Origin: Vicinamibacterales bacterium
GTDB lineage: Bacteria; Acidobacteriota; Vicinamibacteria; Vicinamibacterales; CAVVIG01
Length of the DNA stretch: 64,000 nt
Direction of reading: 5' to 3'
NCBI GenBank assembly: GCA_035939575.1
Contig: DASZFS010000504.1
Span: 302 to 64,301, forward strand
The notes under the pieces were generated by a model. That model worked only from the letters and a program-made list of their open reading frames with translations, ran no database searches and was not told where the DNA came from. The number at the start of each line of letters is the position of its first letter. Position 1 is the first letter of the stretch. This document shows positions 25,043 through 33,904 of this stretch, piece by piece. The position numbers were made by a program, and so were the translations under genes.

Positions 25043-27642
25043 GAGCCATCGCAGCCACCTACTTCGTGCTCGGGACGGCGGTCGCCCTCGCGACCGCGGG
25101 AATGTCCGCAGCGCTCGCGCCGGCGCCCCCGCGCGTATCCGACAGCGTGACGCCGAAGGCCGAGCCCTTCCCGCTGCAGAGCGTGCGGCTGCTCGACGGC
25201 CCGTTCAAGCAGGCGATGCAGCTCGATCAGGACTACCTCCTCGCCCTCGAGCCCGACCGCCTGCTGCACAACTTTCGAGTGAATGCCGGGCTGCCCTCAT
25301 CGGCGAAGCCGCTGGGCGGGTGGGAGGCGCCTGACGTCGAACTGCGTGGCCATACGGTCGGCCACTACTTGTCGGCGCTCGCCCTGATGTACGCCGCGAC
25401 CGGCGACGCCCGGTTCAAGGACCGCGCCGACGCGATGGTCCGCGAGCTGGCGCGCATTCAGGAGGCACAGGCAAAGCGCTTCCATCCCGGCTATCTGTCG
25501 GCGTTCCCCGAGGAGTTCTTCGACCGCGTGGAGGCGCGCGAGAAGGTCTGGGCGCCCTATTACACGATTCACAAGATCATGGCGGGGCTGCTCGACGTGA
25601 GTGAGCTCTGCGGAAACCCGCTAGCGCTCGCGATCGTGACCCGCATGGCGGATTGGGTGACCTTCCGCGTCGATCGCATCAGCGTCGCGCAGCAGCAGCG
25701 CGCGCTCGGCACGGAATTCGGCGGCATGAACGAGGTGCTCGCGAACATCTACGCGGCGACTGGCAATGCGACCTACCTCCGCATCGCGCATGCGTTCGAC
25801 CACGAGGCGATCTTCGATCCGCTCGCCCGCCGCGAAGACCCGTTGAACGGGCTGCACGCCAATACGCAGTTCCCGAAGATCATCGGCGCCGCGCGGGAGT
25901 ACGAGCTCACCGGCGACGCGAGGTATCAGCGCATCGCGACGTTCTTCTGGGACCGCGTCGTGCACCACCGGTCCTACGTGACGGGCGGCAACAGCGATGG
26001 CGAGGCGTTCTTCCCGGAGGAAGAGTTCTCGAAGCACCTCGGCGCCTCTGGGCCGGAGACCTGCAACACCTACAACATGCTCAAGCTGACGCGGCACATC
26101 TTCGAGTGGTCCGCGGATGCTGGCGCAATGGACTTCTACGAGCGCGGGCTGTTCAACCACATCCTGCCCTCGCAGGATCCAGCGACAGGCATGGTCATCT
26201 ACTACTGCCCGCTCCGTCCTGGCGCGTGGAAGTCGTACTCGACGCCGGACGACTCGTTCTGGTGCTGCGTCGGCACCGGCATGGAGAACCACACGAAGTA
26301 CGGGGACACGATCTACTTTCACGACGATCGTTCGCTCTACGTCAACCTGTTCATCCCTTCCGAACTGGCGTGGAGCGCGAAGGGCATCAGCGTTCGGCAG
26401 CAGACGCGTTTCCCGGAGGAGGAGGCGACGCACCTGACGTTGACCGCGACGACGCCCACGCGCCTGGCGTTGAAAGTGCGCTTCCCGTCGTGGGCACGCT
26501 CGGGCATGGCCGTCTCGGTCAATGGCCACCCGGAGCCCCGGGAGCCAATGACGCCGTCTACAGCGTCTCCCGGGTCCTACATCACCATCGACCGCGAGTG
26601 GCGCACGGGCGACCGCGTCGACGTACGCCTGCCCATGACGCTGCATACCGAGGCCATGCCAGACAACCCGCACATGGTCGCGGTCATGTACGGCCCGATC
26701 GTGCTCGCGGGAGATCTGGGCCGGGAGGGCCTCGAAGACGTCGAGCGGTACGGACCCAGCTCTCCGGCGGTCGGCCGCGTCGCCACGCCGGTCATCCCCG
26801 CCTTCGTCGGCGACGTGAAGAGTCTGACGTCGAAGATCGTTCCGGACCGCGCAGGACCGCTGCAGTTCACGACCTCCGGCCTGGCGCGGCCGCACGAGGT
26901 CACCCTGCTGCCGTTCTATCGCATCGTCGACCAGCGCTACACGGTGTACTGGGATATGTACTCGGCGGAGGAGTGGAAAGCGCGCGAATCGGCCGCGGCG
27001 GCGTCCGGCGCGCGCCGGCTGGACAACCAGCGCCGGACGATCGATCTCGTCGCGGTTCACGATGCAGAGAGCGAGCGGGGCCACGCGCTCAGGAGTGAGA
27101 ACGCCACGGACAGCTATTTCGAGGGGCGGCGGACGCGCGAGGCGCGGAATGGATGGTTCGCCTACGACGTCGCGGTCGCGCCCGATCGGCCGATGACAAT
27201 CGTCTGCGCCTATCGCGGGAGCGAAGGCCGCCGGCGCGTCTTCGACGTCCTCGTCGACGGTCAGCGCATCGCGACCGAGACGCTCGAGTACCACCCGACC
27301 GAGCGACTCGACAAGGAGTACGTGATTCCCGACGCCCTCACTCGCGGCAGGCAGCGCGTAACCGTCACGTTCCAGGCGCACGCGGACGCGACGGCGGGCG
27401 CGCTGATCGAGGTCCGCACCGTCACGGCCCCCCTAAAAATGGGCTTCGCTCACGCCTTTCGGGCTCACCTGCCAGTTGTCGCGGACCGGCTGACGATGCC
27501 ACCACGGCGGAGCGGGCATCATGAGCGCATGCGCCAGCCCGTTGACATAGGGCTCGTACGAACGACGCAGCTCCGACAGCCGCCGGTCGGCCTCCGCCGA
27601 TCGCACAGGTGTGAGACCCGCGTTCTCGATCTGGTGACGTAG
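25039..27642 (+). CDS. Glycoside hydrolase family 127-like (beta-L-arabinofuranosidase/DUF1680) with C-terminal accessory domain
   Basis: Contains GHTVGHYLSALALMYA, YYTIHKIMAGLLD, ETCNTYNMLKL and FWCCVGTGMENHTKY (Cys cluster). GTG 25039 forms a GTGA overlap with the GH31 stop. The last ~69 codons (27436-27642) overlap the convergent channel gene and are Arg-rich. The real end is probably near 27435 (see findings). Confidence 0.8.
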   Translation: MRAIAATYFVLGTAVALATAGMSAALAPAPPRVSDSVTPKAEPFPLQSVRLLDGPFKQAMQLDQDYLLALEPDRLLHNFRVNAGLPSSAKPLGGWEAPDVELRGHTVGHYLSALALMYAATGDARFKDRADAMVRELARIQEAQAKRFHPGYLSAFPEEFFDRVEAREKVWAPYYTIHKIMAGLLDVSELCGNPLALAIVTRMADWVTFRVDRISVAQQQRALGTEFGGMNEVLANIYAATGNATYLRIAHAFDHEAIFDPLARREDPLNGLHANTQFPKIIGAAREYELTGDARYQRIATFFWDRVVHHRSYVTGGNSDGEAFFPEEEFSKHLGASGPETCNTYNMLKLTRHIFEWSADAGAMDFYERGLFNHILPSQDPATGMVIYYCPLRPGAWKSYSTPDDSFWCCVGTGMENHTKYGDTIYFHDDRSLYVNLFIPSELAWSAKGISVRQQTRFPEEEATHLTLTATTPTRLALKVRFPSWARSGMAVSVNGHPEPREPMTPSTASPGSYITIDREWRTGDRVDVRLPMTLHTEAMPDNPHMVAVMYGPIVLAGDLGREGLEDVERYGPSSPAVGRVATPVIPAFVGDVKSLTSKIVPDRAGPLQFTTSGLARPHEVTLLPFYRIVDQRYTVYWDMYSAEEWKARESAAAASGARRLDNQRRTIDLVAVHDAESERGHALRSENATDSYFEGRRTREARNGWFAYDVAVAPDRPMTIVCAYRGSEGRRRVFDVLVDGQRIATETLEYHPTERLDKEYVIPDALTRGRQRVTVTFQAHADATAGALIEVRTVTAPLKMGFAHAFRAHLPVVADRLTMPPRRSGHHERMRQPVDIGLVRTTQLRQPPVGLRRSHRCETRVLDLVT

Positions 27643-28545
27643 CTCCTCGAGCTCGCCGATGGGCAAACGGTCGGCCGTGAGATCCGGCTCCGCGTGCAGC
27701 ACCTGCGAGAGATCGACCGCCGCGTGTCTGGCGATCGCGAATGTCACGTGCGCTTGCCATGTGGGCACGCCCTCGAGCCCCACTTCGACGAGCGCCGACA
27801 AGTCCAGGATCGTCGCCAGCGCGGAGACCCAGGACTGCCGGGTATGCTGCGACCGAAAGAACGCGACGGTTGGATACGAAATGTGACTCTCGAGAAGCTC
27901 TGAGCACCAGTACTCCCAGTCCTTCAGAAAAGACGGCAAGGCGTCGAGCTGATTCCGGGCGGCGAGGCGCCGCAGCACTTCGACGGCGGCTGGCGGGGAA
28001 CCGGCCCAGGCATCGAGCAGCGTCAACCGCGCTTCCCGGCGCGAGAAGGCCTGGTACAGCACGGGGAAGTACGCGATCACAATCGCCAGAAACGCAAAGC
28101 CGGTCCCGGCCTCGGCGACGGTGATCAGACGGGAGATACGTCCGACCGGCTGCACGTCCCCCAACCCGAGGGTGAAGAACGTCGTGCCGCTCAGGTAGAG
28201 ATCGTCGATGAAGGGAGCGGCCGCGTGCAGTGGCCGGAGGTTCGAGCCCGCGGACCATTGCAGGCCCGCGAAGCCAACCACCAGGCCCAGCGCCCAGACG
28301 GCGGCGAGGCCCAACAGCGACATAGGCCCGAAGATGGCCAGAAACCGTTCGCGAAGGCGATCGGTCCGGCAGTTCGCGGCGACCCATCTCCATTGCCTCC
28401 ACGTGAAGCGGAAGTACAAGCGCGTCAACCGGAGGCGCCGGCTGACCGTGCGCGGAAGGATGACCGTCTCGAAGGCATCCCACAGCACGATCGCCATGAC
28501 GAACCCACTGAGGAGGAAGGCCAGCAGATGCACGGATATCACCAC
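27433..28545 (-). CDS. Two-TM potassium-channel-family protein with cytoplasmic C-terminal domain
   Basis: The pore-helix/filter segment FFTLGLGDV (TxGxGD-like) is flanked by TM helices. Start is GTG 28545. Confidence 0.7.
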   Translation of the reverse strand: MVISVHLLAFLLSGFVMAIVLWDAFETVILPRTVSRRLRLTRLYFRFTWRQWRWVAANCRTDRLRERFLAIFGPMSLLGLAAVWALGLVVGFAGLQWSAGSNLRPLHAAAPFIDDLYLSGTTFFTLGLGDVQPVGRISRLITVAEAGTGFAFLAIVIAYFPVLYQAFSRREARLTLLDAWAGSPPAAVEVLRRLAARNQLDALPSFLKDWEYWCSELLESHISYPTVAFFRSQHTRQSWVSALATILDLSALVEVGLEGVPTWQAHVTFAIARHAAVDLSQVLHAEPDLTADRLPIGELEELRHQIENAGLTPVRSAEADRRLSELRRSYEPYVNGLAHALMMPAPPWWHRQPVRDNWQVSPKGVSEAHF

Positions 28546-28558
28546 CTCGGAGTTGCCT

Positions 28559-30148
28559 TCATCGCCCGGATCCAGCCTGAATCAGATGACGCACGATCGG
28601 CTCGCCCTGCGTGTGGCTCCGTATTCGTTGCTCGAGCTCGCTGTCGCCTCGGGTCAGACGCTCATGCTGGCGCAGATGTTCCGCCCAGGACGTCACCAGA
28701 AATGTCTCGAGGTAGACGTCGGCGCGTTCGAGGTCACGGTAGACGGCCCAGCGTGATGCGCCGTCACGACGCCTGACGTGTCCGTACTTCTGCATAGCGC
28801 CGAGGAATGGTGCCACATGGTGCGCGTCGACGCGATACTCGACGGTCACGAGCACCGGACCTTGATCGAGCCCAGGTCGGGCGTCTTGAACGATGGCGGG
28901 CATCCGCCAGTGGTTCCACGGGCTCACATCGGCGGTGCTGTCCGGCATTCTCGCCACGAGCCCCAGAGCCGTCGTCGCTATCGTGGCCAGCCCCGCCCAC
29001 AGAAATGCGGTGTCCACGCTCGCGCGCGAACCGACTGTTCCCCAGAAGGCGCTGCCCGCGGCGAGCCCTCCTTGAGTAACGAGAATGAAGATCGCCAGTA
29101 CGCGGGCCCGGACCCAATCGGGCGCCAGGCTCTGGATGAGCCCATTCGCGAGCGAGATGAAGACAATCCACGCCCCCCCGCTGACGAGCATGATGAGCAT
29201 GAGTCCAGGCAGATTGTGCACGGCGGCAACGGCCGCAATCGTCGCGCCCAGGATAGCGACCGCCATGGACGCGACCGCCTCGGTCGACCATCGGGCGCGG
29301 GCGGCCTGCATCACGAGCGCGCCGCCAACCGCGCCGGCGCCAAAACACCCCAGCAGAACGCCGTACCCGATCGCACTCCCACTGACGCTGCGCGCGACGC
29401 TGGGCAGCAGGGCAAAAGGCGCGCTCGCGCAGAACATGACGACGCCGGACCGGAGCATCACGGCGCGCGTCGCTGGCACGTTGCGGACATATCGAATCGC
29501 GGCGACCGTGGCGCCGCCGAGGGTTTCAGGCGGCGACGATCGCGCGCGAACGGGCCGCTTCCAACGAGCGACCACCAGAATGACGCCGAGAAACGACGCG
29601 ACGTTTACCAGAAACGCGGCGCTGACACCCGCGACCGCAATCAACGCGCCGGCGAGCGCCGGACCCGTGGCCCGCGCGATGTTGAATTCGATGCCGTTGA
29701 GCGCGGACGCGGCGGCCAGATCCTCCTTGTGCACGAGCTCAGGGAGCACCGCGCGCCACGTCGGCGTTTCAACGGCGTCTCCGGCGGACAAGGCGAATGT
29801 CAACGCGAGCAGGAGCCGTGGCGTGATGATGCCGGCGAGCGCCGTGGCCGCCAGGGCGGCCGCCACGCACACCATCCACGTCTCGGTGTACAGAATCAGC
29901 TTGCGACGGTCGGCGATGTCGCCGATGGATCCCGCGGGCAGTGCAAAAAGGAAGAACGGAAGCGTCGACGCAGTCTGCGTCAGCGCGATGTACAACGGGC
30001 CGGCGCCGAGGGAGACCATGAGCCAGGCCGATCCCACGCCCTGCATGAACGTGCCGACATCGGAGACGATGTCCGCGACGAGCAGCTGACGGAACATCGG
30101 CGTCCGCAGCGGGCGCCACAACCCGGACACGGCAGTCGTCGGTGACAT
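28559..30148 (-). CDS. MFS transporter (MFS_3/enterobactin-exporter-like) with ~100-aa soluble C-terminal extension
   Basis: Starts MSPTTAVSGLWRPLRTPMFRQLLVADIVSDVGTFMQ, has 12 predicted TM helices, and ends in a tail VLVTVEYRVDAHHVAPFLGAM...TSWAEHLRQHER. ATG 30148 overlaps the GNAT stop. Confidence 0.8.
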   Translation of the reverse strand: MSPTTAVSGLWRPLRTPMFRQLLVADIVSDVGTFMQGVGSAWLMVSLGAGPLYIALTQTASTLPFFLFALPAGSIGDIADRRKLILYTETWMVCVAAALAATALAGIITPRLLLALTFALSAGDAVETPTWRAVLPELVHKEDLAAASALNGIEFNIARATGPALAGALIAVAGVSAAFLVNVASFLGVILVVARWKRPVRARSSPPETLGGATVAAIRYVRNVPATRAVMLRSGVVMFCASAPFALLPSVARSVSGSAIGYGVLLGCFGAGAVGGALVMQAARARWSTEAVASMAVAILGATIAAVAAVHNLPGLMLIMLVSGGAWIVFISLANGLIQSLAPDWVRARVLAIFILVTQGGLAAGSAFWGTVGSRASVDTAFLWAGLATIATTALGLVARMPDSTADVSPWNHWRMPAIVQDARPGLDQGPVLVTVEYRVDAHHVAPFLGAMQKYGHVRRRDGASRWAVYRDLERADVYLETFLVTSWAEHLRQHERLTRGDSELEQRIRSHTQGEPIVRHLIQAGSGR

Positions 30149-30636
30149 CAACGATCCAGTACCTGCCGCACCATTTCGAGCTCCACGAGGCCGGGTCGCC
30201 CGCCCACGCTCTCGTGCCCGGTCAGGCGAAAAGCATTCCGCTCGTAGCACCGTTGAGCGCGGTCGTTGCCCCTGGCGACATGGAGCCTTACTTCCTTCGC
30301 GCCTTCAGTCGCGGCCCACGAGAGCAGGGAGGCCACGAGCGCATCAGCGGCGCCTGAGCCTCGCAGCGCCGGGTGGACCCACATGGCCATCAGCTGCACG
30401 ACCGATGGGTCCTGCTGATCGGGAACGCCGGCCACGAGGCCGCGAGGCTCGTCCGACTCGTCGACGAAGAACGTCACGCCCCGTGACAACCATCGCTGCC
30501 AGTCCGCTGGCGTCCGGGCCAGTTCGCGTTCGAGCGTGGAGCCAAACGCGCCCGGTGCGTCGGTGAGCGCCTGGAGGCGCAAGGCTCTGAGGGTTGGCTC
30601 GTCGCCGACGACAGCACGCCGAACGCTGAAGCGCAT
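30148..30636 (-). CDS. GNAT family N-acetyltransferase
   Basis: Contains MRFSVRRAVVGDEPTLRALRLQAL...MWVHPALRGSGAADALV...NDRAQRCYERNAF. ATG 30636 preferred over TTG 30648. Confidence 0.8.
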   Translation of the reverse strand: MRFSVRRAVVGDEPTLRALRLQALTDAPGAFGSTLERELARTPADWQRWLSRGVTFFVDESDEPRGLVAGVPDQQDPSVVQLMAMWVHPALRGSGAADALVASLLSWAATEGAKEVRLHVARGNDRAQRCYERNAFRLTGHESVGGRPGLVELEMVRQVLDR

Positions 30637-30708
30637 CTCTGCACGCAAAGGCCAGGCATCCTCTCATGCGTCGGCGCCGCCGATCAAACACCCTTTCGGA
30701 ACAAGCCG

Positions 30709-30743
30709 TAGACGCCCTACGTCTAAGGCGGTAGACTCTCTAC
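30709..30743. promoter_or_regulatory. Two adjacent palindromes sharing GTAGAC (TAGACG-N5-CGTCTA and GTAGA-N3-TCTAC); candidate PadR operator
   Basis: Read directly at 30709-30725 and 30731-30743, ending 5 nt before the padR ATG. Confidence 0.4.
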
Positions 30744-30747
30744 GACT

Positions 30748-31116
30748 ATGGCCAAAGCACCCCCGCGAGCAGACGACCGCCGCCTGGAGCTCCTGCAGGG
30801 CACCCTCGACATGCTCATCCTCCGGACCCTGCAGTGGGGACCGCAGCACGGTCACGGCATCGGTCAGGCGATCCGCGCGCAGTCCGATGACCTGCTCCGC
30901 GTCGAGACAGGTTCCCTGTACCCGGCGCTGCACCGCCTGGTGAAGCGCGAGTGGCTGAAAGCCGAGTGGGGCGTGAGCGAGGCGAACCAGCGCGCGAAGT
31001 ACTACCGGCTGACGGCGGCTGGGAAAGCCCAGCTGTCACGCGAGCGGGATCGGTGGTCGCAGCTCGTGGACGCGATCGGACGCGTTCTGAACCCGGCGCC
31101 GGCCAGCAAGGAGTAA
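30748..31116 (+). CDS. PadR family transcriptional regulator
   Basis: Contains LDMLILRTLQWGPQHGHGIGQAIRAQSDDLLRVETGSLYPALHRLVKREWLKAEWGVSEANQRAKYYRLTAAG. Confidence 0.9.
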   Translation: MAKAPPRADDRRLELLQGTLDMLILRTLQWGPQHGHGIGQAIRAQSDDLLRVETGSLYPALHRLVKREWLKAEWGVSEANQRAKYYRLTAAGKAQLSRERDRWSQLVDAIGRVLNPAPASKE

Positions 31117-31121
31117 CGCCA

Positions 31122-33764
31122 ATGCCACCTCGCGTCCCCGACGGCGCCGATCTCGACGACGAGATTCGCGGACACATGGCCCTGAGCGTGAAGGAACGGA
31201 TAGAGCGCGGCGAGGATCCGGCCGCCGCCCGCCTGGCCGCACGGAAGGAATTCGGCAACGTCACGCTCACGCGCGATTCGATGCGGGCCGTGTGGCGCCC
31301 TCGCTGGCTCGGCACGGCCGAGGCGCTCGCGCACGACATCCGCATCGCGCTGCGCTCCCTCGGACGCGCCAAGGGTCTCGCCGCCACCGTCGTGGTCACG
31401 CTCGCGCTCGGGATCGGCGCCAACGCCGCAATCTTCAGCGTGGTCCGGGCCGTGCTTCTGCGCCCGCTCGTCAACCGTGACGAAGATCGCCTCATCTACA
31501 TCCGCCAGGCCGCGCCGGGTCTCGGTGCCGAGAACACGACGTTCTCGGTGCCCGAAATCAACGACTTCAAATCACACGTCACGGCCATCAGCGCGTTCGG
31601 TGACTTCTCGACCGTCGACCTCGCGATGATTGGTCTCGGCAGCGAGCCCCGCATGGTGAAAGCCGGGGTCGTCGGTGGATCGTTCTTCGACGTGATGGGC
31701 CTTCGACCCGCGCTCGGCCGCCTCCTGGATGCGCACGACGATGGTCCCGGCGCAGCCGGCGCGGCGGTCCTCACACACAGGTTCTGGACGACGTCGCTCG
31801 ACAGCGACCCGACCGTGATCGGCAAGACCATCCGCCTCGGTCCGCGCACCGCCACCGTGGTCGGGGTCCTGGAGCCGTCGGTTCCTTATCCGGCCGATAC
31901 GGAGATCATCGCCAACGTGGTGACCAGCCCGCATCATCTCGGGGCCACGATGGTCACGGGCCGCACCCACCGGATGACGGAGCTCTTTGGCCGCCTCGCG
32001 CCCGGCGCCTCCGTCGACTCGGCGCGCGCCGAGCTGACCGCGGTGCACGCCGCGATGATGCGCGAGCACCCCGAGGCGTATCCGGCGAAGGCCGGCATTC
32101 AGCTCAGGGTGGCGAAGCTGCGCGATCAGATCGCGGCGCCCGCCCGAACGATCCTGCTCGTGCTGCTGGCCGCCGCGGCGCTCGTGTTCGTCATCGCGTG
32201 CTCCAACGTCGCCAACTTGATCCTCGCCCGCTCGGTGCGTCGCGAGAGCGAGCTGGCCGTGCGCGCCGCGCTCGGTGCCGGCGCCGGCGCGCTCCGGCGC
32301 ACGCTGCTGGCCGAGAGTCTCGTGCTCTGCGGCGGCGGTGCCGCGCTGGGCGTCGTGCTGGCGCGGCCATTCGTCGCCATGGTGGCCCGGTATGCCGCCC
32401 GCTTCTCGATCCGCGCGCTCGAGGTCACAGTCGATACCAGCGTGCTGTGGGTCGGCGCCGGCCTGGCGATCGCGGCTGCCGTGCTGCTCGCCTACGTTCC
32501 ACGCCTGCCCTCGACGAACGCGCCGGCGGGTCTTGGCGTGGCGAGCGGCAGTGTCCGGATCACCCCCGGGACGAATCGCCGTCTCCGCCTCTTCGCCACC
32601 ACCCAGATTGCGCTCTCGTTCATGCTGCTCGCGGGCGCGGGCATGCTTCTCGCGACCCTCGTGGCGCTGCAGACCGCGAATACCGGCTATAACAACATGC
32701 GCCAGGTGCTCGCGCTTGACGTGCCTCCGGCGGCGACCGGCGTAGCCGGCGCACGCGCGATGGACTTCTATCGCGAAGCGGCCCGGCGCGTCGCGCAATT
32801 GCCGGGCGTCGAGGCGGCCGCCGTGGGAACCTTCGTGCCCTGGCGCGACGCGGGCCTGTTCGGTGCCGGCGCGCGGTTCACCGCTGAAGGCTATACGCGC
32901 GCCGACGGCGAAGAGGATCCGGCGGCGAGGACCCGCCTTGTCGGGTCTGGGTTCTTCGCCGTGCTCGGCGTCCCGCTGCTGGCCGGACGCGAATTCACCG
33001 ACGCTGACCGCGATGGCAGCGAACCCGTCTCGGTTGTCAGCCAGAGCGTCGCGCAACGCGTGTTTCCGAACGGAGACGCGCTGAACCGGCACATGTGGTG
33101 GACCGACCCCTATTTCGGCCGACCCCAGCCTCGCCGCATTGTCGGCGTCGTCGCGGATGTGGATGACGAGAGCGTGGTACGGCAGCCGGCGATGGCCATC
33201 TACATGCCGGTTCAGCAGATCGGATATGCCCAGCGCCTGTTCGTCCGGGCGGCCGGCGATCCGTACGCGCTGGTGCCGGCGGTGACGCGGGTCATCCGCG
33301 AGATCTCGGCGGACCAGCCAGTGGAGCGCTCCGCGACGCTCGAGGACGTGCGCGCGGAGGTGCTGTCACCCGAGCGGCTGACCGCGTTCGTGTTCTCCGG
33401 ATTCGCGGGCATCGCCCTGCTGATCGCCGTCGTGGGCGTAGCAGGCGTGCTGGCCTTCTCGGTGAGCGCGCGGACGCGCGAGTTCGGCGTGCGTCTGGCC
33501 GTCGGGTCCACGCCGCGCCACCTCCTGGCCCGGGTGCTGTGGGAGGGTGCGCTGATTGCCGTGATCGGGATCGCCATCGGCGCGGCGGGCGGCTACGCGC
33601 TCGTGCGCGGGGCGGCCGCCTTTCTCGAGCACGTGCGGCTGCCGGGCGCCCTGCCGGTGGCGGGCGCGGCAGCGGTGCTCATCGCCGCCGCGGTCGTCGC
33701 GTCGCTGGTGCCTGCCTTGCGCGCCTCGCGCGTGGATGTGCTGCTGGCGCTGAGGTCGGAGTAG
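31122..33764 (+). CDS. ADOP-type duplicated MacB/FtsX-like permease (no adjacent ATPase)
   Basis: Starts MPPRVPDGADLDDEIRGHMALSVKERIERGEDPAAARLAARKEFGNVTLTRDSMRAVW and has two MacB_PCD/FtsX halves, 880 aa. It lies 5 nt after padR. Confidence 0.85.
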   Translation: MPPRVPDGADLDDEIRGHMALSVKERIERGEDPAAARLAARKEFGNVTLTRDSMRAVWRPRWLGTAEALAHDIRIALRSLGRAKGLAATVVVTLALGIGANAAIFSVVRAVLLRPLVNRDEDRLIYIRQAAPGLGAENTTFSVPEINDFKSHVTAISAFGDFSTVDLAMIGLGSEPRMVKAGVVGGSFFDVMGLRPALGRLLDAHDDGPGAAGAAVLTHRFWTTSLDSDPTVIGKTIRLGPRTATVVGVLEPSVPYPADTEIIANVVTSPHHLGATMVTGRTHRMTELFGRLAPGASVDSARAELTAVHAAMMREHPEAYPAKAGIQLRVAKLRDQIAAPARTILLVLLAAAALVFVIACSNVANLILARSVRRESELAVRAALGAGAGALRRTLLAESLVLCGGGAALGVVLARPFVAMVARYAARFSIRALEVTVDTSVLWVGAGLAIAAAVLLAYVPRLPSTNAPAGLGVASGSVRITPGTNRRLRLFATTQIALSFMLLAGAGMLLATLVALQTANTGYNNMRQVLALDVPPAATGVAGARAMDFYREAARRVAQLPGVEAAAVGTFVPWRDAGLFGAGARFTAEGYTRADGEEDPAARTRLVGSGFFAVLGVPLLAGREFTDADRDGSEPVSVVSQSVAQRVFPNGDALNRHMWWTDPYFGRPQPRRIVGVVADVDDESVVRQPAMAIYMPVQQIGYAQRLFVRAAGDPYALVPAVTRVIREISADQPVERSATLEDVRAEVLSPERLTAFVFSGFAGIALLIAVVGVAGVLAFSVSARTREFGVRLAVGSTPRHLLARVLWEGALIAVIGIAIGAAGGYALVRGAAAFLEHVRLPGALPVAGAAAVLIAAAVVASLVPALRASRVDVLLALRSE

Positions 33765-33775
33765 ATGCTCACGGC

Positions 33776-33812
33776 GGCGAGGCAGCTGCACGCGGCCACG
33801 AGTCTACAGCCC
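33776..33812. repeat. REP/MITE-like element, copy C (degenerate solo right arm)
   Basis: GGCGAGGCAGCTGCACGCGGCCACGAGTCTACAGCCC lies 12 nt after the ADOP stop. Confidence 0.55.
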
Positions 33813-33904
33813 AGTTGCAGTGGTCATACCAGTCTTCCTCCCCAAGAAATCTTCGCCGCGAGCACGCGATGCTGCCGTATCCTGGGCGTTGAAAGCGAGG
33901 CACC

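Noticed and set aside
27433-30636. The potassium-channel - MFS - GNAT string as a toxin/antitoxin or defence module.
   Set aside because: None of the products resembles known toxin, nuclease, NTPase or sensor domains of defence systems. All three are common housekeeping or accessory families, and they are merely co-oriented.
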